64,000 nucleotides of DNA from a virus: positions 38,496 to 102,495 of the IMG/VR virus record IMGVR_UViG_3300021963_009388; one strand, written 5' to 3'. A model generated the notes under the pieces. The model was not told the DNA's origin and did no database searches. It saw nothing but the letters and a program-made list of their open reading frames with translations. Shown here piece after piece: positions 54,233 through 61,767 of the stretch. Within the stretch, counting starts at the first letter, position 1. Each line of letters begins with the position of its first letter. The position numbers and the translations under genes were made by a program.

Positions 54233-55141
54233 ATGCTTAATTGCGGCGACCCTAAGCTACTTTCACTAGACCCATGCACACCTGTAGACCCTAAGCAGTA
54301 TAGCGGGCCTACATATCTTCAGGCTCAGGCCCCTACTTGTATTCAAGAAAGCTACGGTCTGCTTGGCGAAGGGCGGACATCAAATTACACTGCAGGTAAA
54401 AACTACGGTAATGGTTACGGCACCATGCTGCCTCCAGGTTTTAATTCTCCAGCTAATCAACAATGCCTTCAGCAATACCAGGCTATTCAAAATCAAATAC
54501 AGGAGGGAGTAAGAGCTAACGCAACTGCTTGGCAGAACAAGTTAAATAGAGAAGCCAACACCGCTATAAGTATAGCTGAGCAGGCTAAAAGAAATAGTAT
54601 TGCAGCAGCACAGGCGGCTAAGACTAACGTAACATCGTTAGTTCAAGACGCTGGTTCAGGCGCTGGGGGCTCCCCAGATTTAATCGCTTGCGAAGGAAAC
54701 AGCAATCAGCCAGAGTTTTCTAAATCTGCTTTGTGCGTTACCTATAGGGCTGCTTTTGTTCCAGTGTACCTTAAAGACCGGTCAGCTAAAGGTATTGAGG
54801 CTGCACGCCAGGCTGGAGCCGCTGCTGTTTATCCGCCTCCTCCCCCTGCCCCTAAGCCCAATACGCCAGTCAAAGAGAAGGTTACACCGACTGACCCTAA
54901 GCCGCCTGCCGCTAGGCCTTCTTCTAAAGCTACTAGAAAACCAAAAAGAGTTTCATCTGCGTCTTCTGGCCCTGAACCTGAGGACGCCGGAATTGCTATA
55001 GCTAACGCCCTTGCTGCTAGTAAGGCAGCTGCTGCTGCGGTCAAAGCACCTGTCTCTCCTGTGAAAGGGGCGCCGGCTGCTCCAAAACCTGTAACTAGGC
55101 AAGTTTATTGCGGCTATGGCTGTATTTTAAGACCGTTGTAA
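54233..55141 (+). CDS. Cys/Pro/Ala-rich hypothetical protein
   Basis: Shares C..YRAAF with ORF 57275 and KRVSS with ORF 52497. Confidence 0.7.
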   Translation: MLNCGDPKLLSLDPCTPVDPKQYSGPTYLQAQAPTCIQESYGLLGEGRTSNYTAGKNYGNGYGTMLPPGFNSPANQQCLQQYQAIQNQIQEGVRANATAWQNKLNREANTAISIAEQAKRNSIAAAQAAKTNVTSLVQDAGSGAGGSPDLIACEGNSNQPEFSKSALCVTYRAAFVPVYLKDRSAKGIEAARQAGAAAVYPPPPPAPKPNTPVKEKVTPTDPKPPAARPSSKATRKPKRVSSASSGPEPEDAGIAIANALAASKAAAAAVKAPVSPVKGAPAAPKPVTRQVYCGYGCILRPL

Positions 55142-55151
55142 CTAATATGAG

Positions 55152-56414
55152 GTGATTCAAATGGCATACGCTATACCGCCTGGGTTTATAACAGATTTTA
55201 CCAGCGCTGAAAAAGCTAGCCTTTCAGCGCAGTATAAAGACTTCATCACAATTCAAAAAAGCTCATTACTCTACTCTATTAAAAAATGGGAATACAAAAG
55301 CAGAGTAGAGCAGGCAGGCACTTTAGCCAGTATTTTAAGTCAAATATATAATTGTACTTTTGACGGCTGCACAACCGTGGGAACCATAACTACCTTTAAT
55401 ACCCTTCCAGTTTTTACCATGCCTAATGAAATGATGAACGGTTCTCTTGTGAGGGCTGGTATTTTAGAAGACGTAATCAAATCTTTACAGTCTTATGGGG
55501 ACGACCCAACTATTCCAGCCCCGCCTCCACCATATTCAAGTAACACTAAAAAAGTCATACTCCTGTATAACCGTCCATCGGTTAATGTACAGTACACCAT
55601 CCCAACTATCACCGGGTCTAACGGATTAAAATTTAAAACGGGAGATGTAATTACGCTCAATAATTTTACAATCAGCCCGACAATTAGAGACTGGGGACAA
55701 ATTAATGGGAGTTACATAATAAGAGGAATTACTACGGAGCTTGGACTTTATGTAGAACCTGATTATGGGTGGATTCAGTGGAGCGTAGGGGCCACTACCT
55801 CTACGCGCTCACTAGCTTTACCTTTTTCAGCAGGGCAATCACTTAGTTCAAAAAATGGCGTACAAATAGTGCAATCAGGTCTTCCATATGGCACATGGAC
55901 TGGAGTTGCACGCCTTGATTACTCTGTAACTTTGCTTCCTCCAGAGGCTAGTATTCCTGACTTGGTTGTAGTTCCTAGCATGCCTGAAGTAAAACCAGAT
56001 GACAACCCAATTATAAGGCTAGACGATCCAGTAGATTATAAGGACCCTTATATCGCTCCAGTACAGACTACTCCTACCAAGCCTGTAGTAGTTACTACAC
56101 CCACAGCTACGCCTACTAAGCCTGCACCTACTGTTAAAGTATCCGGCACTACTGTATCCATACCCTTTTTAACTAGTGCATCGTTCAAGCCAGGAATAAG
56201 TGCAGCCGCTAACGCGAAGGGTAAAGCCGCTTTCATAACTTTAGTAAAAAAAGCTTCGGTTGCTTCTAAGCTTACTAAAGAGCAGGATGCTCAGTTACTG
56301 GCTACAGTCTATGAAGCTATAGACAAGGCCATGCTTGTGAAGAAGAGTAGCTTAACTGCACTCAAAGCTCCTACCGTGGTTAAGAAGAACCCAGTAAAGA
56401 AACTAAACCAATAG
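55152..56414 (+). CDS. paralogue-family protein: beta-rich domain, Pro/Thr linker, conserved C-terminal module
   Basis: GTTVSIPFLTSASFKPG...NAKGKAAF, shared with ORFs 56440 and 57275. Confidence 0.7.
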   Translation: MIQMAYAIPPGFITDFTSAEKASLSAQYKDFITIQKSSLLYSIKKWEYKSRVEQAGTLASILSQIYNCTFDGCTTVGTITTFNTLPVFTMPNEMMNGSLVRAGILEDVIKSLQSYGDDPTIPAPPPPYSSNTKKVILLYNRPSVNVQYTIPTITGSNGLKFKTGDVITLNNFTISPTIRDWGQINGSYIIRGITTELGLYVEPDYGWIQWSVGATTSTRSLALPFSAGQSLSSKNGVQIVQSGLPYGTWTGVARLDYSVTLLPPEASIPDLVVVPSMPEVKPDDNPIIRLDDPVDYKDPYIAPVQTTPTKPVVVTTPTATPTKPAPTVKVSGTTVSIPFLTSASFKPGISAAANAKGKAAFITLVKKASVASKLTKEQDAQLLATVYEAIDKAMLVKKSSLTALKAPTVVKKNPVKKLNQ

Positions 56415-56439
56415 ACGTACTCTAATCGAGGGTAGTTAC

Positions 56440-57225
56440 ATGGGAATGTTTTATAATGACTATGACGTCAGTACGAACATAGGAACAAATGGCTTACTCT
56501 TTAGAGCAGGCGACACTATAACTGTATCGGGTATTACAGACTTGACTGGACCAGCTTTTGGGCCCTGGTCTAAAGTAAATGGCACCTATTACTTAGAGAA
56601 AATAGGAACGCTGCACTACGGGGCTAAAGCATTTCTAGTAAGCGATGGTGGTAGAACGCCTAATTGGGGAACGGGCAGCCTTAATATTTCATCATTTGCT
56701 GGCGGCGTTCGGCTAACGTCCTCTAGCGGGGCGGTTGTAGAAAAGTCCGATAGATACAGTATGCATTTTGTAATCGGTGGCACGTTTGAAACTATACCGC
56801 CTAAGATAGGGTTGTCTGTACTTTCTTTAGTGCTGAACCAAGATACGGGTCCAACCATAGTACTAGACGATCCAGTAATGCCTAATACTCCTGACAATCC
56901 TCCTACTACGCCTACGGCTCCTCCTAATACTCCTACCACTCCAACCAGCCCTCCTACTACTCCTACTCCTCCGCCTTCTATAGTTAAAAGAGTGGGAACC
57001 ACAGTATCTGTACCTTTTCTGTCTAGTGCTTCTTTTAAACCTGGCACTGATGCGCGAGCTAACGAGAGAGGCAAAGCAGCTTTTATAAAAGCAGTACAGG
57101 CAGCATCTAAGGCTTCTAATCTTAATAAGGCTCAATCAGATCAGCTAATGGCTGACGTGATTAAAGCCATAAAAGATGCTGATCTTAAAAGAAGAAAGAT
57201 AACACCATTAAAGGGAAAGAAGTAA
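56440..57225 (+). CDS. paralogue-family protein with Pro/Thr linker
   Basis: GTNGLLFRAGDTIT matches GSNGLKFKTGDVIT of ORF 55152; same C-terminal module. Confidence 0.75.
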   Translation: MGMFYNDYDVSTNIGTNGLLFRAGDTITVSGITDLTGPAFGPWSKVNGTYYLEKIGTLHYGAKAFLVSDGGRTPNWGTGSLNISSFAGGVRLTSSSGAVVEKSDRYSMHFVIGGTFETIPPKIGLSVLSLVLNQDTGPTIVLDDPVMPNTPDNPPTTPTAPPNTPTTPTSPPTTPTPPPSIVKRVGTTVSVPFLSSASFKPGTDARANERGKAAFIKAVQAASKASNLNKAQSDQLMADVIKAIKDADLKRRKITPLKGKK

Positions 57226-57226
57226 A

Positions 57227-57242
57227 GTGGAGACGTCTTCAC
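57227..57242. repeat. 16-bp palindrome, copy 8 (GTGGAGACGTCTTCAC, 1 mismatch), intergenic
   Basis: Immediately after a stop codon. Confidence 0.85.
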
Positions 57243-57274
57243 CTTTATAACTATATAGACAAGGGGTAATAGAG

Positions 57275-57919
57275 ATGGCCTACAGCAAAGAACAGGTGCA
57301 GAACCTTAAAGATAGTGCACAGCGGCAGGCAAACTTAGACTGGTGCATACAGCAGACTCTGCTGACTGGGAGATGTTTAGATGACGGCGAGCTTACAGGC
57401 ACTGCGCAGTGCAGAGCTTATAGGGCTGCCTTTCCCAATCCTGCAAGCCATTCTCGAGCCTACTACGCAGGCATTGCCGCTTTCCCGAGTTTGGTGTATC
57501 TCCACAACCCCTACTCTAAATCCTATGCCTCCTACGCGGTCAGCAATAGCCCCCTTAGCCCAGAGGCGGCCTTTGCTGCTGTACCCCCCTTCGTCGTCGA
57601 GGGGTCTGGGGTTTCTGCAGGAATAGGCTGCCCGTTTGCTTCCGCTGGCTCTACGGCAGCATCCCCTGGCTTTATAGCCAATGCAACATTTACATACGGA
57701 ACAGATGCGGCCGCTAACACAAGGGGAATAGCGGCAGCCACAGCGGCGGTTCAAGCCGCAGCAAACGCAGCCAATCTATCTAAAGAAAATTCCGACATCT
57801 TAATGAAAAAAATGATAGACGCTATAGCTAAAAGAGATTTGAACAAAAGACCCGCGACCAAGCCTACAGGTAATAAAGGCCCGGGTAAAAAGCCTTTAAC
57901 CAAATTAAAAGGAAAGTAG
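57275..57919 (+). CDS. paralogue-family protein
   Basis: ATFTYGTDAAANTRGIAA...LSKENSDILM...AI..RDL..LKGK C-terminal module. Confidence 0.7.
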   Translation: MAYSKEQVQNLKDSAQRQANLDWCIQQTLLTGRCLDDGELTGTAQCRAYRAAFPNPASHSRAYYAGIAAFPSLVYLHNPYSKSYASYAVSNSPLSPEAAFAAVPPFVVEGSGVSAGIGCPFASAGSTAASPGFIANATFTYGTDAAANTRGIAAATAAVQAAANAANLSKENSDILMKKMIDAIAKRDLNKRPATKPTGNKGPGKKPLTKLKGK

Positions 57920-57923
57920 TAAA

Positions 57924-57939
57924 GTGGAGACGTCTCCAC
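57924..57939. repeat. 16-bp palindrome, copy 9 (perfect), intergenic
   Basis: Shortly after a stop codon. Confidence 0.95.
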
Positions 57940-57991
57940 GGCGGTAGTTCGGTGTAACCCATAGCCGGGTTAATACCCGGTCGGAGTAACA

Positions 57992-58642
57992 ATGGCTAAA
58001 TTGCCTAAGGACCTTAACCCCGTACTTTTACCCATAAATGAGGCACAGCGAGAGTCAGAGAGAATATTTAATAAGAAGGACGTAATATTTCTTTTAGGGC
58101 CTGCAGGAACAGGCAAAACACATCAGGCAGTAAAGTTAGCGCTATCTACATATCTAAATGGAAAATGCCGTAGAATGATTCTATCAAGACCCATGGTTGA
58201 GTGCGGAGAGAAACTAGGCTTTCTTCCAGGCGACATTAATCAAAAGCTAGCCCCGTGGGTAGCTCCTATCGAAGATGTGCTTCGACGCATAACCACAACT
58301 AACCCTCAGGAAGTGATGAAATCTATGGAAATTGTCCCTCTGGCAGTGATGAGAGGAAGAACCTTTGATGACTGTGTCGCTATTCTTGATGAAGCACAGA
58401 ACTGCACATGGGAGCAGCTTAAGCTATTCATCACTAGGCTAGGTAAAAACGGCAAGCTCATCATATGCGGTGATCCTGACCAGAGTGATCTTAAATTCAA
58501 GAACTCTTTGGAGAGTTTTGCTAATTGCCTTGAAAATCTAGACTGCGTAGGGTATGTAAGGTTTGATGAAAGTATGATCGTACGGCATCCTTCACTGCTG
58601 TCTATAATTACAGCGATCAAGGATGAAGAAAGGAAAAGGTAA
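57992..58642 (+). CDS. phoH: PhoH-family ATPase
   Basis: GPAGTGKT, RPMVECGEKLGFLPGD, MRGRTF, LDEAQN, TRLG and GDPDQSD. Confidence 0.92.
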   Translation: MAKLPKDLNPVLLPINEAQRESERIFNKKDVIFLLGPAGTGKTHQAVKLALSTYLNGKCRRMILSRPMVECGEKLGFLPGDINQKLAPWVAPIEDVLRRITTTNPQEVMKSMEIVPLAVMRGRTFDDCVAILDEAQNCTWEQLKLFITRLGKNGKLIICGDPDQSDLKFKNSLESFANCLENLDCVGYVRFDESMIVRHPSLLSIITAIKDEERKR

Positions 58643-58646
58643 TCAA

Positions 58647-59081
58647 ATGGACAGCGGACTAGTAACCTCCATGACTTATGTACCTAAGTCATGGGGCAGG
58701 GAGATATGGGTAGTAAACACGAATAAGTACTGCGGTAAGTTTTTGCATATAAACAAAGGCATGTTCTGCAGCTTTCATTATCACAAGCTCAAAGAGGAAA
58801 CCTTTGTGGTCCTCTCTGGGAAGGTGATAATAGTTTACGCTGAGCAGAGCGAAGCCACTACTATCGCAGTAGGTAGTGTAGACTTTGAAGTGCCTAAGTC
58901 ACAGGAAACTCTTTACCCAGGGCAGGCTTGGCACATTAAGCCAGGAAGCGTGCACCAGTTCTATGGGGTAGAGGACTCTGTTATATTTGAAACGTCTACC
59001 GAACACTTCGACAGTGATTCCTATAGGTTGTCTACAGACTTTCAAGGTGTTACTGAGCCGTGGGTAGGCTGGGACGGGTAG
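58647..59081 (+). CDS. cupin-domain protein (paralogue of ORF 24428)
   Basis: KSWGREIW, CSFHYHKLKEETF and HQF...ETSTEHFDSDSYR. Confidence 0.75.
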   Translation: MDSGLVTSMTYVPKSWGREIWVVNTNKYCGKFLHINKGMFCSFHYHKLKEETFVVLSGKVIIVYAEQSEATTIAVGSVDFEVPKSQETLYPGQAWHIKPGSVHQFYGVEDSVIFETSTEHFDSDSYRLSTDFQGVTEPWVGWDG

Positions 59082-59083
59082 GC

Positions 59084-59740
59084 CTATATCTTTGTAAGTA
59101 TAGCAAACCCTTCCCAAACGTTGAGAGTGCCTATGTGCTTGTACTTTTCGCTTAGGTCGTAGATGGCTTTTCTAGTCATATCCCAGTTAGCGTCATGCAT
59201 CGTGACTATACACCCAGGATTAAGAACTGGGTGTATAGCATTAAGAACTGCCTTAGTTGGTTCTGTATTGTGATCAGCGTCGTAGAAGACTAGGTCTACG
59301 TTTTGTGCCTTACCTGCGAAATCAAACTCTAGCATGTTCTGGTCATAGATATCTACGAAGGCATTAACATCAAATTTAATCAGAGACTTAAGCATAATAA
59401 ACTTATCTGGAGAAGACCCTCCGGTCTTATCTCCTACAAACCAGTCAAGGCACGACAATCTTCTTTCTTTATTCGTGTGAGCGTCTTTACTGTCTTTAAT
59501 ACCTTTAGCCAGAAAAGCCGAGCTTCTCCCTCTCCACGACCCTATCTCTAAAACATTATTTGGCGCTAGCTTGGCTAGGTTATACAACATCCAGCACTCT
59601 ACTGGGTCTGGGCTATTATGAGCTCCTTCAGTGCCCGTATACATTTCTATAAGGGCTGGGTCCTTTAGCCACGAAGCTGGGTTTCTCTTCAATACAGGCG
59701 GGCACATAAGGGAAGTTACAGTATCTACAAATCTTTGCAT
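59084..59740 (-). CDS. class I SAM-dependent methyltransferase (Methyltransf_24-like)
   Basis: VLEIGSWRGRS, FYDADH and MHD. Confidence 0.82.
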   Translation of the reverse strand: MQRFVDTVTSLMCPPVLKRNPASWLKDPALIEMYTGTEGAHNSPDPVECWMLYNLAKLAPNNVLEIGSWRGRSSAFLAKGIKDSKDAHTNKERRLSCLDWFVGDKTGGSSPDKFIMLKSLIKFDVNAFVDIYDQNMLEFDFAGKAQNVDLVFYDADHNTEPTKAVLNAIHPVLNPGCIVTMHDANWDMTRKAIYDLSEKYKHIGTLNVWEGFAILTKI

Positions 59741-59809
59741 ATTCTCGACTCCATATAGGTTTCGTAATAATGTACTATTTTATCCCCTATATGGATACGC
59801 AGGGTTAGC

Positions 59810-59837
59810 TTAATTCATCGCCAAATAGGGTCATAAT
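59810..59837 (+). promoter_or_regulatory. cassette promoter-like motif 6
   Basis: TTAATTCATCGCCAAATAGGGTCATAAT. Confidence 0.72.
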
Positions 59838-59886
59838 TAGGTGAACCATGAGGGTTCATTTTTACCTCTTAGCAAAGGAGTGCATT

Positions 59887-60066
59887 ATGATGAGGATATC
59901 GATTTTGGCCTGGGCGCTTGCCATGGCCTACTTCTGCACTGGGTGCAGATGTTGTCAGAAGGTCTCCAATTCTGTGGAGACCACGTATCGTACCACGGTC
60001 AATCCGTGGGACGACAAAGTGATAGACAAGGTGGACTTGTCTATCACTGTGCGGAGATCATGGTAG
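59887..60066 (+). CDS. 59-aa putative lipoprotein, cassette 6 cargo
   Basis: AAGGAG RBS; MMRISILAWALAMAYFCTGC signal/lipobox-like N-terminus. Confidence 0.6.
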   Translation: MMRISILAWALAMAYFCTGCRCCQKVSNSVETTYRTTVNPWDDKVIDKVDLSITVRRSW

Positions 60067-60080
60067 AATCCATGATCTCT

Positions 60081-60119
60081 AGCCAGGTTGAAATGACCTG
60101 GCTTTTTTTTAGCTATCAG
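60081..60119 (+). terminator. intrinsic terminator plus T8-AGCTATCAG (cassette 6)
   Basis: AGCCAGGTT-GAAAT-GACCTGGCT followed by a T-run. Confidence 0.85.
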
Positions 60120-60130
60120 GAGGATATCTA

Positions 60131-60907
60131 ATGGAAGTGAGATTCACATCTAAAGATGTACGAGGATCAAGCACTAAAGGGGGACGGTTCTGGAAAGAGT
60201 ATAAGACATGGCAAAGGACAATGGCCAAGTGTTATAACCCTAACCATCACAGATACTCAAACTATGGAGCTAAAGGTTTAACCGTGGATGACCTGTTCAG
60301 GTATAGCTTTTTAAACTTCCTAAATGAAATAGGAGAATGCCCTGAGCCTAAAGCTGAATACAGCATAGAGAGAATAGACAATGCTTTAGGGTACTTGTCT
60401 GGCAATATAGCTTGGCTTAAAATTCCTCTTCAAGCCCTTAATAAGACCAATAATAAGTTAGTAAAGTATAAAGGCAAGGAGCTTCCTTTGTCCGTACTCT
60501 GTAAAGACCTCAACGTAAACTATGAAACAGTGAGTACTCGGCTTGGTAGAGGCCATAGCTTAGAGGAGTCCTTGACTCAAGGAAGGTTAAAAAGCAAGGC
60601 TAGATTTGTAGTGTACAACTCTAAAAAAATGAGACTTAGAGGACTGGTTACTCTTCTTAAACTTAACTACGACAAAGCCATGCGCCTTTTTAATCAGGGC
60701 TATACCGGAGACGAGATAGCAGAAAACCCAATAGCCTACATAATTGCTAACCCTATTCTTCACTCTTACAGAGACAAGAGTATGACGATTACTGACTGGG
60801 CTAAGCATTTAGGCATAAGCAGAACTACTCTGGAGACTAAGTTAAAGAAGGGCCTATCTATAGGCTTTATTTGTGATATGTACTTAAACCGTCCCCTTGA
60901 CGAATAG
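60131..60907 (+). CDS. HNH-type homing endonuclease-like protein with C-terminal HTH repeats
   Basis: YKTWQRTMAKCYNP...YGAKGLTV...SIERIDNALGY..GNIAW...QALNK; three small DNA-binding repeats. Confidence 0.78.
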   Translation: MEVRFTSKDVRGSSTKGGRFWKEYKTWQRTMAKCYNPNHHRYSNYGAKGLTVDDLFRYSFLNFLNEIGECPEPKAEYSIERIDNALGYLSGNIAWLKIPLQALNKTNNKLVKYKGKELPLSVLCKDLNVNYETVSTRLGRGHSLEESLTQGRLKSKARFVVYNSKKMRLRGLVTLLKLNYDKAMRLFNQGYTGDEIAENPIAYIIANPILHSYRDKSMTITDWAKHLGISRTTLETKLKKGLSIGFICDMYLNRPLDE

Positions 60908-60910
60908 GGC

Positions 60911-60938
60911 TTAATCCAGCCCATAATTGCGGCATAAT
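60911..60938 (+). promoter_or_regulatory. cassette promoter-like motif 7
   Basis: TTAATCCAGCCCATAATTGCGGCATAAT. Confidence 0.68.
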
Positions 60939-61018
60939 TAGGTGTATGCGGTAGTGTTCAGAAGCTCATGGAGTTTTTGCACCGCTGTAGCGTCTACACG
61001 GAAAGGAGTACCACTATT

Positions 61019-61447
61019 ATGTGGATACTTATGCTGGCGATAGCTGCCATGCCTGCTCCACCGGCAGACATGTCCGAGAAGGCAGCTGCAAAAGCTGCCT
61101 TCTACAAAGGGGCAGACCTCTCCCTGTGTAAGGGAGAGGTTTACGAGTCCTTTAGGGACTCTTTCAAAGACTCTTTCAAAGAGTCTTTCAAAAAGTCGTC
61201 GGGGAAGGCTCCGACGGCTATGTTCACCGACGCGGCCGCCGCGACGGCCTGGACGGTGATGATGCCATTACTTTTTCCGGGATTAAAAGGCCCGGAGATG
61301 GCAGATCTGCTAGATGACCCATCTGATCGCAGATGGGTTCCGGCCCTGAGCCGGACAGGCGCGTTTATGCGCCAAATCCAGGCAGGTTGCCTGGAACTCG
61401 GCCGCCAAGGCGTCAAGTTTCCCCGGCAGGCTTACCTGCCGGATTAA
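61019..61447 (+). CDS. GC-rich protein with signal-peptide-like N-terminus, cassette 7 cargo
   Basis: AAGGAG RBS; MWILMLAIAA; SF(R/K)(D/E) 4-aa repeats. Confidence 0.62.
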   Translation: MWILMLAIAAMPAPPADMSEKAAAKAAFYKGADLSLCKGEVYESFRDSFKDSFKESFKKSSGKAPTAMFTDAAAATAWTVMMPLLFPGLKGPEMADLLDDPSDRRWVPALSRTGAFMRQIQAGCLELGRQGVKFPRQAYLPD

Positions 61448-61450
61448 AAC

Positions 61451-61501
61451 AAATCACCTCCAGTTCTTAGGAACATGGAGGTGATTTTTTTTAGCTATTA
61501 G
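61451..61501 (+). terminator. intrinsic terminator plus T8-AGCTATTAG (cassette 7)
   Basis: AAATCACCTCCA...TGGAGGTGATTT hairpin. Confidence 0.85.
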
Positions 61502-61508
61502 GTACCCC

Positions 61509-61536
61509 TTAATTCAACCCATAAGAGTGTCATAAT
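61509..61536 (+). promoter_or_regulatory. cassette promoter-like motif 8
   Basis: TTAATTCAACCCATAAGAGTGTCATAAT. Confidence 0.72.
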
Positions 61537-61612
61537 AAGATGAATAGGTAGCAATCACACATATCTGTGTGTGGGGCTATCTACATTAAGCTTATTTAGA
61601 GAGAGGTGACAC

Positions 61613-61714
61613 GTGAAAATTGAACAGGTGATCCTATATGGCCTATGCGCGGCCACAATGGTTTTGCCCGCATACGTCGGGATCTGCATACTCAGGGTCG
61701 CCCTGGGTATGTAA
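61613..61714 (+). CDS. 33-aa single-TM peptide (MKIEQVILYGLCAATMVLPAYVGICILRVALGM), cassette 8 cargo; not in the ORF track
   Basis: GAGGTGA RBS, GTG start; stop abuts the terminator. Confidence 0.55.
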   Translation: MKIEQVILYGLCAATMVLPAYVGICILRVALGM

Positions 61715-61764
61715 AAAGAACCTCCAGTCCTTCGGGACATGGAGGTTCTTTTTTTAGCTATCAG
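61713..61764. terminator. bidirectional terminator plus T7-AGCTATCAG (cassette 8 / nrdJ)
   Basis: AAAAAGAACCTCCAGTCC-TTCG-GGACATGGAGGTTCTTTTTTT. Confidence 0.85.
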
Positions 61765-61767
61765 ACA

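Noticed and set aside
5959-57939. Palindrome as a cloning artefact (it contains two BsmBI sites and an AatII site)
   Set aside because: Copies sit in-frame within intact ORFs and include natural-looking 1-2 mismatch variants.
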